Counted from the first letter of the stretch, positions 19,262 to 30,343 are shown. The stretch is DNA of 32,000 nucleotides from Mycolicibacterium smegmatis (GCF_001457595.1 NZ_LN831039.1:6300001-6332000); one strand, 5' to 3'. Made by a program: numbers and translations. The notes: generated from the sequence alone by a model not told the origin.

Positions 19262-20719
19262 GGCTCTTCGCAGTTAGCAGTGGCGTTGGTGCCGGCTGGG
19301 TGTGACTCGTCGTGATCGGCGAGTGCAGGCCCACCGTACTCGGCGGCGTTGGTTCTCAGGATTGCGGAAGCCGAAGGCGATGCGCCCGACGTGTTTGACG
19401 ATGCGGTTGTAGCCTTCGGTGCGGGCGTTGGACAGGCCGGTCTGCAGGGCGGCGATGATGGGGGCCTGCCAGGTCTCGATGGTGCGGGCCAGTCGGATCA
19501 CTTCGGGCACTGTGCAGGCCGCGCAGAAACGGTAGAACCGGTCCAGGGCGGTCGTGATCTCGTAGCGCAACCCGCCGCGGTCGGCGCAGGAAAGCAGGTC
19601 GCGCAGCAGTTCTTTGGCGATCCAGGCCGCGGCGATGTCCTGGTTGGGGTCGGCGGAGAGCAGCTTGGCGAACAACGTGGCGCGTTGGTCTGCGGTGAGC
19701 CGCTCGGAGCCGCGCAGCAGGCGGCGGCGGTTGATCCACTCGACATCGGCCTTGCGGCCGCGCCGGCCCCGTTGGGTCCAGGTGACCCGGCGGCGCACCG
19801 CATCAACCATGTCGTTGGCTTTCTTGACCAGGTGGAACCGGTCGGCGATCAGGATCGCGTGCGGCAGTGCTTCGCGAGCCACCCGGGCATAGGCCGGGGA
19901 CAAATCGATGGCTACGTGGGTGATTGCGGCCCGCCAGTCAGGGTCCTGGCCAGCGAGCCAGTCGATCACTGCCGCCGAGGTGCGGCCATTGACCTGGCCA
20001 AGGAGGCCTTGATCGCCGGTGATGTCGACCAGTCCGGTGTCCCAGCGATCCACCCATACCCGCCGCCCGAGTACCGGGTTGTGTTCCCATTTGGCCTTAC
20101 CGCGTCGGGTCTCGTCGATGCCGAGCACCGCCACCGGCGCCAGCTCGCCGGCCAGGGCGTCCTCGGCGGTGGCGATGACTTCGTCGTGCACGGTGTGCCA
20201 GCCGCAGCGGTACTGCCCGGCCACCGCGGCCACCGAACGGTCCTCGTCGAGCACCGCAGTGGCCATCGTCGCCTTGGCCCGCGGTGTTACCCGCGCCCGC
20301 GCCGGGATTCCGGGCACCGACTCGGTGAACACCTTGCGCGTACAGACCGTGCTGGGGCACAACCACTTTCGCTTACGCCAGCGCAGTATCGGGCGGTCCG
20401 AACCCACCACAACGTCGCGGGGTCCGGTCTGTACCCAGCCTTTCGACCTGGTGGAGCGTTCCCCGCATTCGGGGCAGATCCCGACCCACTGGGGGGCGGT
20501 GAGCACCTGCACCAACCGGGTGCCGTCCTCGAGGCGCTGCACCGATTCGACGACCACACCGTCGAGATCGAGCAGCAGTGAACTACCGTCAACCATGGTC
20601 CGCGTTCCTTGTCCTGGATGCCTGAAGAACACCCAGCTCACAGGGGCGCGGACCCCTAATCAATCACCGACACGACACAACGTCGGACAACACCAGACCC
20701 CTATCAAGTGCGAAGAGCC
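19262..20719. mobile_element. ISL3-family insertion sequence, 1458 bp, complete
   Basis: IRL GGCTCTTCGCAGTTAGCAG / IRR GGCTCTTCGCACTTGATAG (15/19), 8-bp TSD, one transposase gene. Confidence 0.93.
19274..20596 (-). CDS. ISL3-family transposase
   Basis: N-terminal zinc finger (CPECGERSTRSKG), helix-turn-helix, VLGIDETRRGKAKW, ITHVAIDLSPAYARV, LIADRFHLVKKANDMVDAVRR, FGFRNPENQRRRVRW; ATG 20596 with AAGGA upstream. Confidence 0.93.
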   Translation of the reverse strand: MVDGSSLLLDLDGVVVESVQRLEDGTRLVQVLTAPQWVGICPECGERSTRSKGWVQTGPRDVVVGSDRPILRWRKRKWLCPSTVCTRKVFTESVPGIPARARVTPRAKATMATAVLDEDRSVAAVAGQYRCGWHTVHDEVIATAEDALAGELAPVAVLGIDETRRGKAKWEHNPVLGRRVWVDRWDTGLVDITGDQGLLGQVNGRTSAAVIDWLAGQDPDWRAAITHVAIDLSPAYARVAREALPHAILIADRFHLVKKANDMVDAVRRRVTWTQRGRRGRKADVEWINRRRLLRGSERLTADQRATLFAKLLSADPNQDIAAAWIAKELLRDLLSCADRGGLRYEITTALDRFYRFCAACTVPEVIRLARTIETWQAPIIAALQTGLSNARTEGYNRIVKHVGRIAFGFRNPENQRRRVRWACTRRSRRVTPSRHQRHC

Positions 20720-20778
20720 CGTTTTTCCGCCCTCACGTCACAAACGGCGCACCCGCCGACCACACACCCGCACACCCG

Positions 20779-20851
20779 CACCGTGCGTAACGCAGTGGCG
20801 GCCACGAGCGCGATTTTCCGCCCTCACGTCACAAACGGCACACCTGCCGAC
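20779..20851. repeat. 73-bp direct repeat unit B; unit A is 19222-19261 joined to 20728-20760 (split by the ISL3 element)
   Basis: 70/73 identical after virtual excision of the IS and one TSD copy; period 91 bp. Confidence 0.85.
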
Positions 20852-21151
20852 CAGGCAGGCTCGATGTCCAGATTCCACTCGTGTGTGACCGTACGCAGAG
20901 CTTCGGGTGGTAGATCGCTCAGTGGCATAACTTCCCCGATCAGTTCGCCAGTACCCGCCCTTCGAAGACCGCGTCGCAGTGCTGGCCATCCAGGCGCTGA
21001 TTACAGCGAGATTGGGCCGCAGGTCTGCGAGCACCTCGCGCAGGCACGTAACATCGGGCCAGGTAGAGCGTCCGGAGACGCCGGTGCCACGTCATCGAAG
21101 CGATGGTTGAACGCGTAGAGTTTCAGCGGACAAACAACACCGCAAACGGCG

Positions 21152-21181
21152 TCACTCCCAGGGCTTGAGTGGATTCACCGC
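21152..21181 (-). pseudogene. 3'-terminal remnant of a DUF4185-family gene (AVNPLKPWE-stop)
   Basis: GCG GTG AAT CCA CTC AAG CCC TGG GAG TGA encodes the same last nine residues as the intact gene at 26201-27307. Confidence 0.6.
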
Positions 21182-21275
21182 GAACCCGTTCGTGCACGTT
21201 TGGCAACGTTGACTCGAATTGAATGAGTCCATCAGCCCATGTCAACAGGGTTGGCGGTGTTGGCGGGCACCGAGG

Positions 21276-21280
21276 CTTAG
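21276..21280. repeat. target-site duplication CTTAG (left copy; right copy 22940-22944)
   Basis: Abuts IS ends CCTCGATCC... and ...GGATTCAGG. Confidence 0.75.
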
Positions 21281-22939
21281 CCTCGATCCACCGATGAATT
21301 GGCTGGTCGCAGGGTGTCGTGACGAGGAAAGTGCCTTCTGAGCTGTGATGATGAGTGTTCTCTAGGCACTTATCGGCACAACTTCGAAAGGCACTTCCGG
21401 TGAAAGTGTCCCATAGGTTCGCTGCGTCGTCGGCGGTCTTCGATGATGCCCATCTCGTGTCGTGCGCCGGTCTGGTGCCGGTAATGACGCTGGCCACCCA
21501 GACCGGGCTGTCACAGTTGCTGGCCGACAAGGTTCGTATCAGCGAACCACGGATCAAGTCCGGGTCGGCCAACCCGTCGCCGAAGCTGCTCACCGTGGTC
21601 GCCGGAATGTGCGCCGGCGCCGACAGCATTGATGACCTCGACCTCGTGCGTGGCGGCGGGATGAAGACGCTCTTCGATGGGGTCTATGCACCATCGACGA
21701 TCGGAACACTGTTGCGGGAGTTCACCTTCGGACACGCCCGGCAGTTGGAGTCGGTCCTGCGTCATCATCTGGCCGCACTCTGTGCGCGGGTGGACCTGCT
21801 GCCCGGATCCGACACGGGGGCGTTCATCGACATCGACTCACTGCTGCGCCCGGTCTATGGCCACGCCAAACAGGGTGCCTCCTACGGGCATACCAAGATC
21901 GCTGGTAAGCAGGTTCTGCGTAAAGGGCTCTCCCCGTTGGCGACGACGATCAGCACCCCCGGAGCGGCGCCGGTGATCGCCGGGATGCGGCTGCGCGCCG
22001 GTAAGACCAGTTCCGGGAAGGGTGCGGGCCGCATGGTCGCCCAAGCCATCGCCACCGCCCGCGCCGCCGGCGTGCGCGGGCAACTGCTGGTGCGTGGCGA
22101 TTCGTCCTACGGCACCCGGTCGGTGGTGGGCGCCTGCCGAGCCCACAATGCGCACTTCTCGGTGGTGATGACCCGCAATACCGCGGTTGATCGGGCCATC
22201 AGTTCGATCGACGAGCAGGCCTGGGAGCCGGTCAACTATCCCGGTGCAGTGCGTGATCCCGACACCGGTGACTGGATTTCTGATGCCGAGGTCGCCGAGG
22301 TCAGCTACACCGCCTTCGCCTCTACCAAAGATCGGTTCACCGCGCGGTTGGTGGTGCGGCGAGTCAAAGACGCGAGATTTCGGGACGCGCTGTTCCCGGT
22401 GTGGCGGTATCACCCGTTCTTCACCAACACAGACTTGCCGACCGCCGAGGCTGACATCACCCACCGCCAGCACGCGATCATCGAAACCGTCTTCGCCGAT
22501 CTGATCGACGGACCCCTGGCCCACATGCCCTCAGGACAGTTCGGTGCCAACAGTGCGTGGGTGTTGTGCGCGGCGATCGCGCACAACCTGCTGCGCGCCG
22601 CCGGCGTGCTCGCAGGAGGTGCCCACGTGGTTGCCCGCGGCGCGACGCTGCGCCGCAAGATCGTCAACATTCCCGCCCGTCTGGCCCGACCCCAGCGTCG
22701 ACCGATCCTGCACCTCCCCGAGCACTGGCCCTGGACAGAGCACTGGCTCACGTTGTGGCGCAACACCATCGGATACAGCCCACCGCTACCGGCAACAACC
22801 TGACCAACGCGCCGAACAGGCCCAACCGGAGCACACAGGAAAAGCTGGGCAGACCAGCAACTACCGCATGCCCGCAACACCGAACGCAGCAGAAACCACA
22901 CACGGACACCTCAAGGAGGGCCGCTCCACGGATTCAGGC
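21281..22939. mobile_element. IS1380-family insertion sequence, 1659 bp, complete
   Basis: Imperfect terminal repeats CCTCGATCC / CCTGAATCC, CTTAG duplication, single full-length transposase gene. Confidence 0.88.
21400..22803 (+). CDS. IS1380-family transposase
   Basis: FDDAHLVSCAGLVPVMTLATQTGL..., FIDIDSLLRPVYGHAKQGASYGHTK, VRGDSSYGTRSVV, AIIETVFADLIDGPLAHMPSGQFGANSAWV; GTG 21400 proposed, track start 21355. Confidence 0.92.
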   Translation: MKVSHRFAASSAVFDDAHLVSCAGLVPVMTLATQTGLSQLLADKVRISEPRIKSGSANPSPKLLTVVAGMCAGADSIDDLDLVRGGGMKTLFDGVYAPSTIGTLLREFTFGHARQLESVLRHHLAALCARVDLLPGSDTGAFIDIDSLLRPVYGHAKQGASYGHTKIAGKQVLRKGLSPLATTISTPGAAPVIAGMRLRAGKTSSGKGAGRMVAQAIATARAAGVRGQLLVRGDSSYGTRSVVGACRAHNAHFSVVMTRNTAVDRAISSIDEQAWEPVNYPGAVRDPDTGDWISDAEVAEVSYTAFASTKDRFTARLVVRRVKDARFRDALFPVWRYHPFFTNTDLPTAEADITHRQHAIIETVFADLIDGPLAHMPSGQFGANSAWVLCAAIAHNLLRAAGVLAGGAHVVARGATLRRKIVNIPARLARPQRRPILHLPEHWPWTEHWLTLWRNTIGYSPPLPATT

Positions 22940-22987
22940 TTAGTTAGGCTACTGGGGACGCACTGCGGACGGAGGCCGAGCGCTCCT

Positions 22988-23752
22988 TTAAGGACAAGCT
23001 CCGCCGGTCACCGGGCAGATTCGTGGGTCGTAGTCTCGCTTCAAACGAGTCTTGATGAACTCGGCGTTGTTCCCATACCCCGGCGAGAGCCAGCGGCCGA
23101 CGACCATCACACTCACGTATCTAGCCCCCGCGGCTCGTAGCGTAAGCGCGGCCGACTGAGTTCTGGATCCGGTTGTCCATGTGTCATCGAGCACCAAGAT
23201 GTGCTTGCCGCTCAAGTCTTGCGGCGGTGCGATAACGAACTGGGTGCCTGCGACGATGCGATTGCTAGTCGCCGTCGCCGCGGGCACGAGGCTCAGCTGA
23301 TCGCTGATGGCGTTCATTTCTCTTGTGATCGCGGCGAATGGATGGACGCCGGGGCGATTGCTCAGTGAGGGAACCATCACCCGTCTGTACACAGGTTGCC
23401 CAACACGTTTTTCAATACAGTTCTGGTGCAACATGATTCCGAGGTAGAGCGCGCGCCGGATAACCATGCTGTGCTGCTGGCGCGCTACTTCGCTGACGTC
23501 GTCTTTGTAGTGGCGCAGCAGGATCCCGGACTGGGTTCGCTCGGCCGCGTATGTGAGAGGAGCTACGAGGTCCGCTATGCCGGCCGTGTATTGGTGCTGG
23601 TTGCACCGGTAGCAGCGGTCGTAGTCATCGACCGGTGTGCAGCAGACTGCGCATGTGATACGCGTTTCCCGGATCACATTCCGGAGATAGCCGCCAGCCT
23701 GCTGTACGAGTAGATGCTCGTTGTGGACGACTGGATCCCTCGTTCTGGTCAA
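22988..23752 (-). CDS. ComF-like phosphoribosyltransferase with N-terminal Cys-pair zinc module
   Basis: ITCAVCCTPVDDYDRCYRCNQHQY..., PRPP-loop-like ILVLDDTWTTGSRTQSAALTLRAAGARYVSVMVVGRW, C-terminal ICPVTGGACP; 254 aa. Confidence 0.8.
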   Translation of the reverse strand: MTRTRDPVVHNEHLLVQQAGGYLRNVIRETRITCAVCCTPVDDYDRCYRCNQHQYTAGIADLVAPLTYAAERTQSGILLRHYKDDVSEVARQQHSMVIRRALYLGIMLHQNCIEKRVGQPVYRRVMVPSLSNRPGVHPFAAITREMNAISDQLSLVPAATATSNRIVAGTQFVIAPPQDLSGKHILVLDDTWTTGSRTQSAALTLRAAGARYVSVMVVGRWLSPGYGNNAEFIKTRLKRDYDPRICPVTGGACP

Positions 23753-24822
23753 CGTCCGTCAGGCAGTCCCGCCAACGGCGCCAAGACGCCGAGTGAGTCG
23801 TCCTCGTCCTGGTTTACGACCTGCTTGACGATGTCCATAACCTCGGCGGTGCTTCCCGCGACGTAAACGCCTGGCCGGTCGCGCATTTCGCGTCCCCACT
23901 TCGTCGCGTTCACCACAATGTCGGTCAGGATGACGGGGCGGCCGTGTTCAACAGCCACGCGCGCCTGGATTCGTGTGCCACTGTGTTCACTGGCTTCGAC
24001 GATGATCGACGCGCGACCCAGGCCGGACATAGTGACGTTGCGCATCGGGAACGACTGTTTTGTTGGCGGTGCGTCCGGAAAGAACTGAGATACCAGCGCA
24101 CCGGCTGCCGCAACCCGGTCGTGGAGCTCCCGGTGGATTGCCGGGTAGACACGGTTGATGCCCGTGCCGATCACGCCGATCGGCCGTCCGCCTGCTCGCA
24201 GCGTCGCTTCGTGTGCGGCGCCATCGATACCATCTGCAAGTCCGGATATGACCGAAATTCCCCGTTCCGCAAGGCCTTCCGCAACATTCGCGGCAATGGA
24301 CAGGCCCCGCCGTGTCGCGCGTCGTGAACCGACGACTGACACCCCGCGCTCGTCGGGGCGGAGGACGCCTTTTACGAACAGCATCGGCGGCATCTGATGG
24401 ATACCGCGCAGCGCAAATGGATACTCTTCGTCCAGCACCGTCAGCAGGTCGAAGTCTTTGGACGATTCCCACTCGATTAGCTGCTTCCACGCGACCTGGA
24501 ACTGCAGTTCTGATTCGTCACGGCTCAGGTCACCGTCGAGAGCGAGCGTGAGCAGCGGGGGGTGGATGTCCTGCCACACCGCTAGGGCGGAACCACGCAG
24601 AGACACCTCGGAGGCGATCGTGGACCACGAGGTCTTACCCGCGCGTTCGCCCAGCATCGGCGGGCGCTCATCCAGAAGAGCCAGAAGCGCGGCCCGTTCC
24701 TCGTCGGCGAATCTGTCGCCCATGCGTCGTAGCTTAGATCCGCCGTCCGGGGATGGCAGCACATCGGGGCCGTTTCGGAAGCCCATCTGCGTCACCACCT
24801 CATTTCCGCAGGTCAATTGCAC
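23749..24822 (-). CDS. DprA/Smf-like (SLOG superfamily Rossmannoid) protein
   Basis: VSVVGSRRATRRGLSIAANVAEGLAERGISVISGLADGIDGAAHEATLRAGGRPIGVIGTGINRVYP...SFPMRNVTMSGLGRASIIVEASEHSGTRIQARVAVEHGRPVIL; start uncertain (24822, 24786 or 24723); 4-nt overlap with the PRTase gene. Confidence 0.88.
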   Translation of the reverse strand: MQLTCGNEVVTQMGFRNGPDVLPSPDGGSKLRRMGDRFADEERAALLALLDERPPMLGERAGKTSWSTIASEVSLRGSALAVWQDIHPPLLTLALDGDLSRDESELQFQVAWKQLIEWESSKDFDLLTVLDEEYPFALRGIHQMPPMLFVKGVLRPDERGVSVVGSRRATRRGLSIAANVAEGLAERGISVISGLADGIDGAAHEATLRAGGRPIGVIGTGINRVYPAIHRELHDRVAAAGALVSQFFPDAPPTKQSFPMRNVTMSGLGRASIIVEASEHSGTRIQARVAVEHGRPVILTDIVVNATKWGREMRDRPGVYVAGSTAEVMDIVKQVVNQDEDDSLGVLAPLAGLPDGR

Positions 24823-24944
24823 TGTCTAGATGTTACTGTCACCCACCGACACGCCGAGCGGTTAATGCCCTCGCGTCGGACAGCCCAGGATAGTCGCCAC
24901 GGGCTGGGGGACGCGCCGCCGGACTGTCAGAAAGGGTGATGCGA

Positions 24945-25241
24945 ATGACCATAAACGTCTATTGCGATCATGAAGGACGAAGCCCGAGGTTCACGTTCCC
25001 GAAAGTTACTGAGGACGGCGAGGCTTCGCCCGAGATCACGCGTTGGCGGCTTGATGGCAGATCGGTCGCGGCAGACACACCGGGCGCAAGACGCAGTTAC
25101 ACGCTGGCTTGCCCGGTTTGTCAGTCGAACTACCGGTTCGGCGAGGACAAGCTGATTCCCGCTCTCATTCGGCTTCGCGAGGTTGGGCAGCGCGAGATCA
25201 GCATCCAGAACTTGCAACACGCCCTCAGTCGCTATACCTGA
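24945..25241 (+). CDS. small hypothetical protein with CPVC knuckle
   Basis: MTINVYCDHEGRSPRFTFPKVTEDGE...YTLACPVCQSNYRFGEDKLIPALIRL; GAAAGGG 8 nt upstream of ATG 24945. Confidence 0.65.
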   Translation: MTINVYCDHEGRSPRFTFPKVTEDGEASPEITRWRLDGRSVAADTPGARRSYTLACPVCQSNYRFGEDKLIPALIRLREVGQREISIQNLQHALSRYT

Positions 25242-25248
25242 CGGTTCT

Positions 25249-25392
25249 ATGGTGAAACCATCCGAGGTTGACTCAGACGGAAGCCCCACGAATGAGCCAG
25301 ACGCGAATCGCCGTGCCGGTGTCGAGGACCGTTGGAACAAGACGATCCTCGCGATCGGCCACGCACAGAGCTCATCAACGGGCGGCAACTAG
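25249..25392 (+). CDS. small hypothetical protein (47 aa)
   Basis: MVKPSEVDSDGSPTNEPDANRRAGVEDRWNKTILAIGHAQSSSTGGN; 7 nt after previous stop, stop overlaps next GTG (TAGTG). Confidence 0.4.
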   Translation: MVKPSEVDSDGSPTNEPDANRRAGVEDRWNKTILAIGHAQSSSTGGN

Positions 25393-26192
25393 TGAACGAA
25401 CGTGACCAGGAAGACGTGTTGCGCGGCACCTTCGATCAACTGGACGAATGGCTGAGGCTGGGAGCAAAAGCCTTCGTTCCGGTGCCCGGAAGCGAACTGC
25501 ACATGGACGATCAAGACTGGCCGTGGATGCCCATCTCTCAACTAGCTCATGTCGGCCTGCAAGCTGCAGCCGACCACCTCGATGCAGTGCGTTTGCATCT
25601 CAAATCGCGCAAACTGTTCGCTGTCGCCGATCTGACGCTCAGCCGGTCAGCGCTCATCGGCGCATCGGCGGCAGTGTGGTTGCTAGCACCCGACGAGCGG
25701 ACGGAACGCCTCAAGCGGGCCCGAACCTTGGCTTCCTATGCCGCGAAGCATCACACGCAATATCTGATCGCCTTACACCGGTTGTCACCGGACCACGAGG
25801 CCACCAAACGCGTTGGCGAGCATGCTGCTATGCGGAAAGCGGAGCTCGACGCGAAGCGTGCAGCCCTGGGCGAACGCACTAAACTCGACACCACAAGGAT
25901 GATCAGCGACGCTGCTGCTGCGGTATTTGCCGCAGATATTGCCGCCGAGGCCGACTTGGAGTGGCAGTCGGGGTCAGGCGCGGCTCATGGCCTCGCCTGG
26001 TGCCTTCTCGGTGCACCCTCGACGGTGCAAGCGGGCCCGGTGGACAATTCCGGAATGACAGAGTTCCATGCCTCGGGTTCGATCGGTCGGATAGCGAATA
26101 GCTACATGGCCGCATTCCACTTGTGCAAGCACGGCTGGTCGCTGCTAAAACGCCGCAACTCTGTTGCGGACGTCCTGCGGACGGAAGGTTGA
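25392..26192 (+). CDS. hypothetical protein, helical, 266 aa
   Basis: ORF 25332-26192; proposed GTG 25392 (VNERDQEDVLRGTFDQLDEWLRLGAKAFVPVPG...LSRSALIGASAAVWLLAPDERTERLKRARTLASYAAKHHTQYLIAL). Confidence 0.65.
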   Translation: MNERDQEDVLRGTFDQLDEWLRLGAKAFVPVPGSELHMDDQDWPWMPISQLAHVGLQAAADHLDAVRLHLKSRKLFAVADLTLSRSALIGASAAVWLLAPDERTERLKRARTLASYAAKHHTQYLIALHRLSPDHEATKRVGEHAAMRKAELDAKRAALGERTKLDTTRMISDAAAAVFAADIAAEADLEWQSGSGAAHGLAWCLLGAPSTVQAGPVDNSGMTEFHASGSIGRIANSYMAAFHLCKHGWSLLKRRNSVADVLRTEG

Positions 26193-26200
26193 AACACAGC

Positions 26201-27307
26201 CTACTCCCACGGCTTGAGGGGGTTCACCGCGTACTGGATCACGCGGTAGGGCGTGCCGCCGCGTGGCCGGGTGTTCCACTGGCTGATGAAGACGCGGACC
26301 TCGTCGAGTGTCGAGGCCGGTGAGATGTAACCGCCATATGGCTGCGCGAGCCGGTTCACCTCCGGCGGCGGCAGGGTCTCGGCCGGGTCGGGCCAGTCGC
26401 TGGCATAGACCACGGTCGTCACGGGCACGGTGCCCAACTGTGTCGGGTCGTCGGCCACACGCATCTCCATGTTGCCGGTCGTGGCGTTGAAATATGACAG
26501 CACCGCCTTGCCGTCGATCAGGCGAATGCTCATCTCCCCCACGCGATCTGGCCACAGCGCAGTCGCCGGCTCACCCCAGCGCCCGGACGCCGAGGACCAG
26601 CCCTGCCAGGCCGCACGGTCGGTGAAGTCCTGCGGCGGTACGCGGTACAGGAACACCGGTCCGCTGCGGTCGAAGTTGTTGGCGACGATGTACACCCATC
26701 CGCGAGGTGACTCGGGGGTGGGGATCGGGTCGTAGTACCCGCTGACTTGCGACTGGTTCCCGCCCAGGTACGACGCCTCGCGCGCCGAACCGGGCACGGT
26801 GGGCCAACCGCTCTTGGCCGCATCGGCTTTCACCAGGCGCGAGGTCTGGGGCGTCAGATCCTTCGTGACGGTCACCATCATGTAGTTCTCGCGGTTGATC
26901 GACACCACCCCGGCGGGAAGCTGGGAACTGCCGGGCGGGGTCGGATCGGCCAGCAGCGGCTTGTCGACGCCGGAGACGCCGTTGTAGCGGATACCGGCCG
27001 GGTCGTCGATCGAGTCGGATTCGACGTGCAGCGCGATCGGCGAGTACCAGCCGCCGAATCCGACGGCCTGGCCTGCGAAGCTGTCGCCGCACACCTGCAG
27101 CACGCGGCTGGGGAACTCCATGAACTCGCACAGGTCGGTGGCGCCGATGCCGTAGTCACCGGTCGGTGTGCCGGTGCCGGCACTCGGCCCGATGCGCAGC
27201 ACCTGCCCAGGCACGAGCCCCGTGTCGGCGTGCGCGAGCCCCGCCGAAATGGCATTCCAGCAGAGAAAGATCGAGACGACGCCTGCTGGAATGCGGTTTC
27301 GGCGCAA
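26201..27307 (-). CDS. secreted DUF4185-family protein (Rv3707c-like)
   Basis: Signal peptide, FGGWYSPIALHVES, GWVYIVANNFDRSGPVFLYRVPP, NATTGNMEMRVAD; located just downstream of asd in the same orientation. Confidence 0.85.
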   Translation of the reverse strand: MRRNRIPAGVVSIFLCWNAISAGLAHADTGLVPGQVLRIGPSAGTGTPTGDYGIGATDLCEFMEFPSRVLQVCGDSFAGQAVGFGGWYSPIALHVESDSIDDPAGIRYNGVSGVDKPLLADPTPPGSSQLPAGVVSINRENYMMVTVTKDLTPQTSRLVKADAAKSGWPTVPGSAREASYLGGNQSQVSGYYDPIPTPESPRGWVYIVANNFDRSGPVFLYRVPPQDFTDRAAWQGWSSASGRWGEPATALWPDRVGEMSIRLIDGKAVLSYFNATTGNMEMRVADDPTQLGTVPVTTVVYASDWPDPAETLPPPEVNRLAQPYGGYISPASTLDEVRVFISQWNTRPRGGTPYRVIQYAVNPLKPWE

Positions 27308-27318
27308 CGGGGTTCAGG

Positions 27319-29626
<2,308 letters not shown>

Positions 29627-29713
29627 CTGATCAACCTTTCGCATGTGGGATCGAGCCGGAATGAGTCCCAACAAGGATAAGGGAGGCGCGCACCTTATTT
29701 TCCGGCCGGTAAC

Positions 29714-30343
29714 TTGGCGGACGTGACCGACGCGCCGAGTGATCGGCTGGCCAACACCAGCGTCCCGATCCACCCCCCACTCGCGGCCCGCTGGAGCCCG
29801 CGCGCCTTCGACGCCGCGGCAATCGTCACATCCGAGCAGCTCACGGCGGTTCTCGAGGCCGCCCGCTGGGCCGCGACATGGGGGCAGCGTCAGCCCGTGC
29901 GGTTCATCGTGGGGCGCCGCGGCGGGCAAACCGGCGCCGACGCGGCCGACGAGACGTTCACCACACTGGCCGGGTTGCTCAAACGAGGCAACAGCTACGC
30001 GCACGCGGCCTCGGCGCTGATCCTGGTGTGCGCAGACGAGGGTGAGGACGAGCGCACCGCGCGCTACGCCGCGGTCGACGCCGGCGCCGCGATCGCTCAG
30101 CTGACCATCGAGGCCGTGTCCCGCGGGCTCATCGCGCACCCGATGGCCGGTTTCGACGTCGACGGCGCCCGCGCCGCGTTCGGCGTACCCGACGGTGTGC
30201 GCCCGTTCGCGGTGGTCGCGCTGGGACACCTCGGTGACTACGCGACGGCCGACGAGGCCATCGCCGAACGCGACAGCCGCCCGCGTGAACGTCTGCCACT
30301 TGAGCAGGTTGCGTTCACGGGCCGATGGGGCAACCCGCTGTAA
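29714..30343 (+). CDS. nitroreductase family protein
   Basis: [46 protein letters not shown]..., GHLGD; start TTG 29714 or GTG 29723. Confidence 0.88.
   Translation: MADVTDAPSDRLANTSVPIHPPLAARWSPRAFDAAAIVTSEQLTAVLEAARWAATWGQRQPVRFIVGRRGGQTGADAADETFTTLAGLLKRGNSYAHAASALILVCADEGEDERTARYAAVDAGAAIAQLTIEAVSRGLIAHPMAGFDVDGARAAFGVPDGVRPFAVVALGHLGDYATADEAIAERDSRPRERLPLEQVAFTGRWGNPL

Noticed and set aside
19222-20851. Possible CRISPR-like array
   Set aside because: Only two 73-bp units separated by 18 nt, one interrupted by an IS; no Cas genes.
20708-21118. 136-aa ORF in the IS flank and a 34-aa ORF MPLSDLPPEALRTVTHEW... (20824-20928, minus)
   Set aside because: No family support; the 34-aa frame ends inside the 73-bp repeat and may be a degraded fragment at best.
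22988-24822. Natural competence locus interpretation
   Set aside because: Only DprA-like and ComF-like homologues; no ComEA, ComEC or pilus genes nearby, and the pair lies in an accessory segment.
24945-25392. Toxin-antitoxin pair from the two small ORFs
   Set aside because: Neither protein shows a recognisable antitoxin DNA-binding or toxin motif; overlap alone is not enough.
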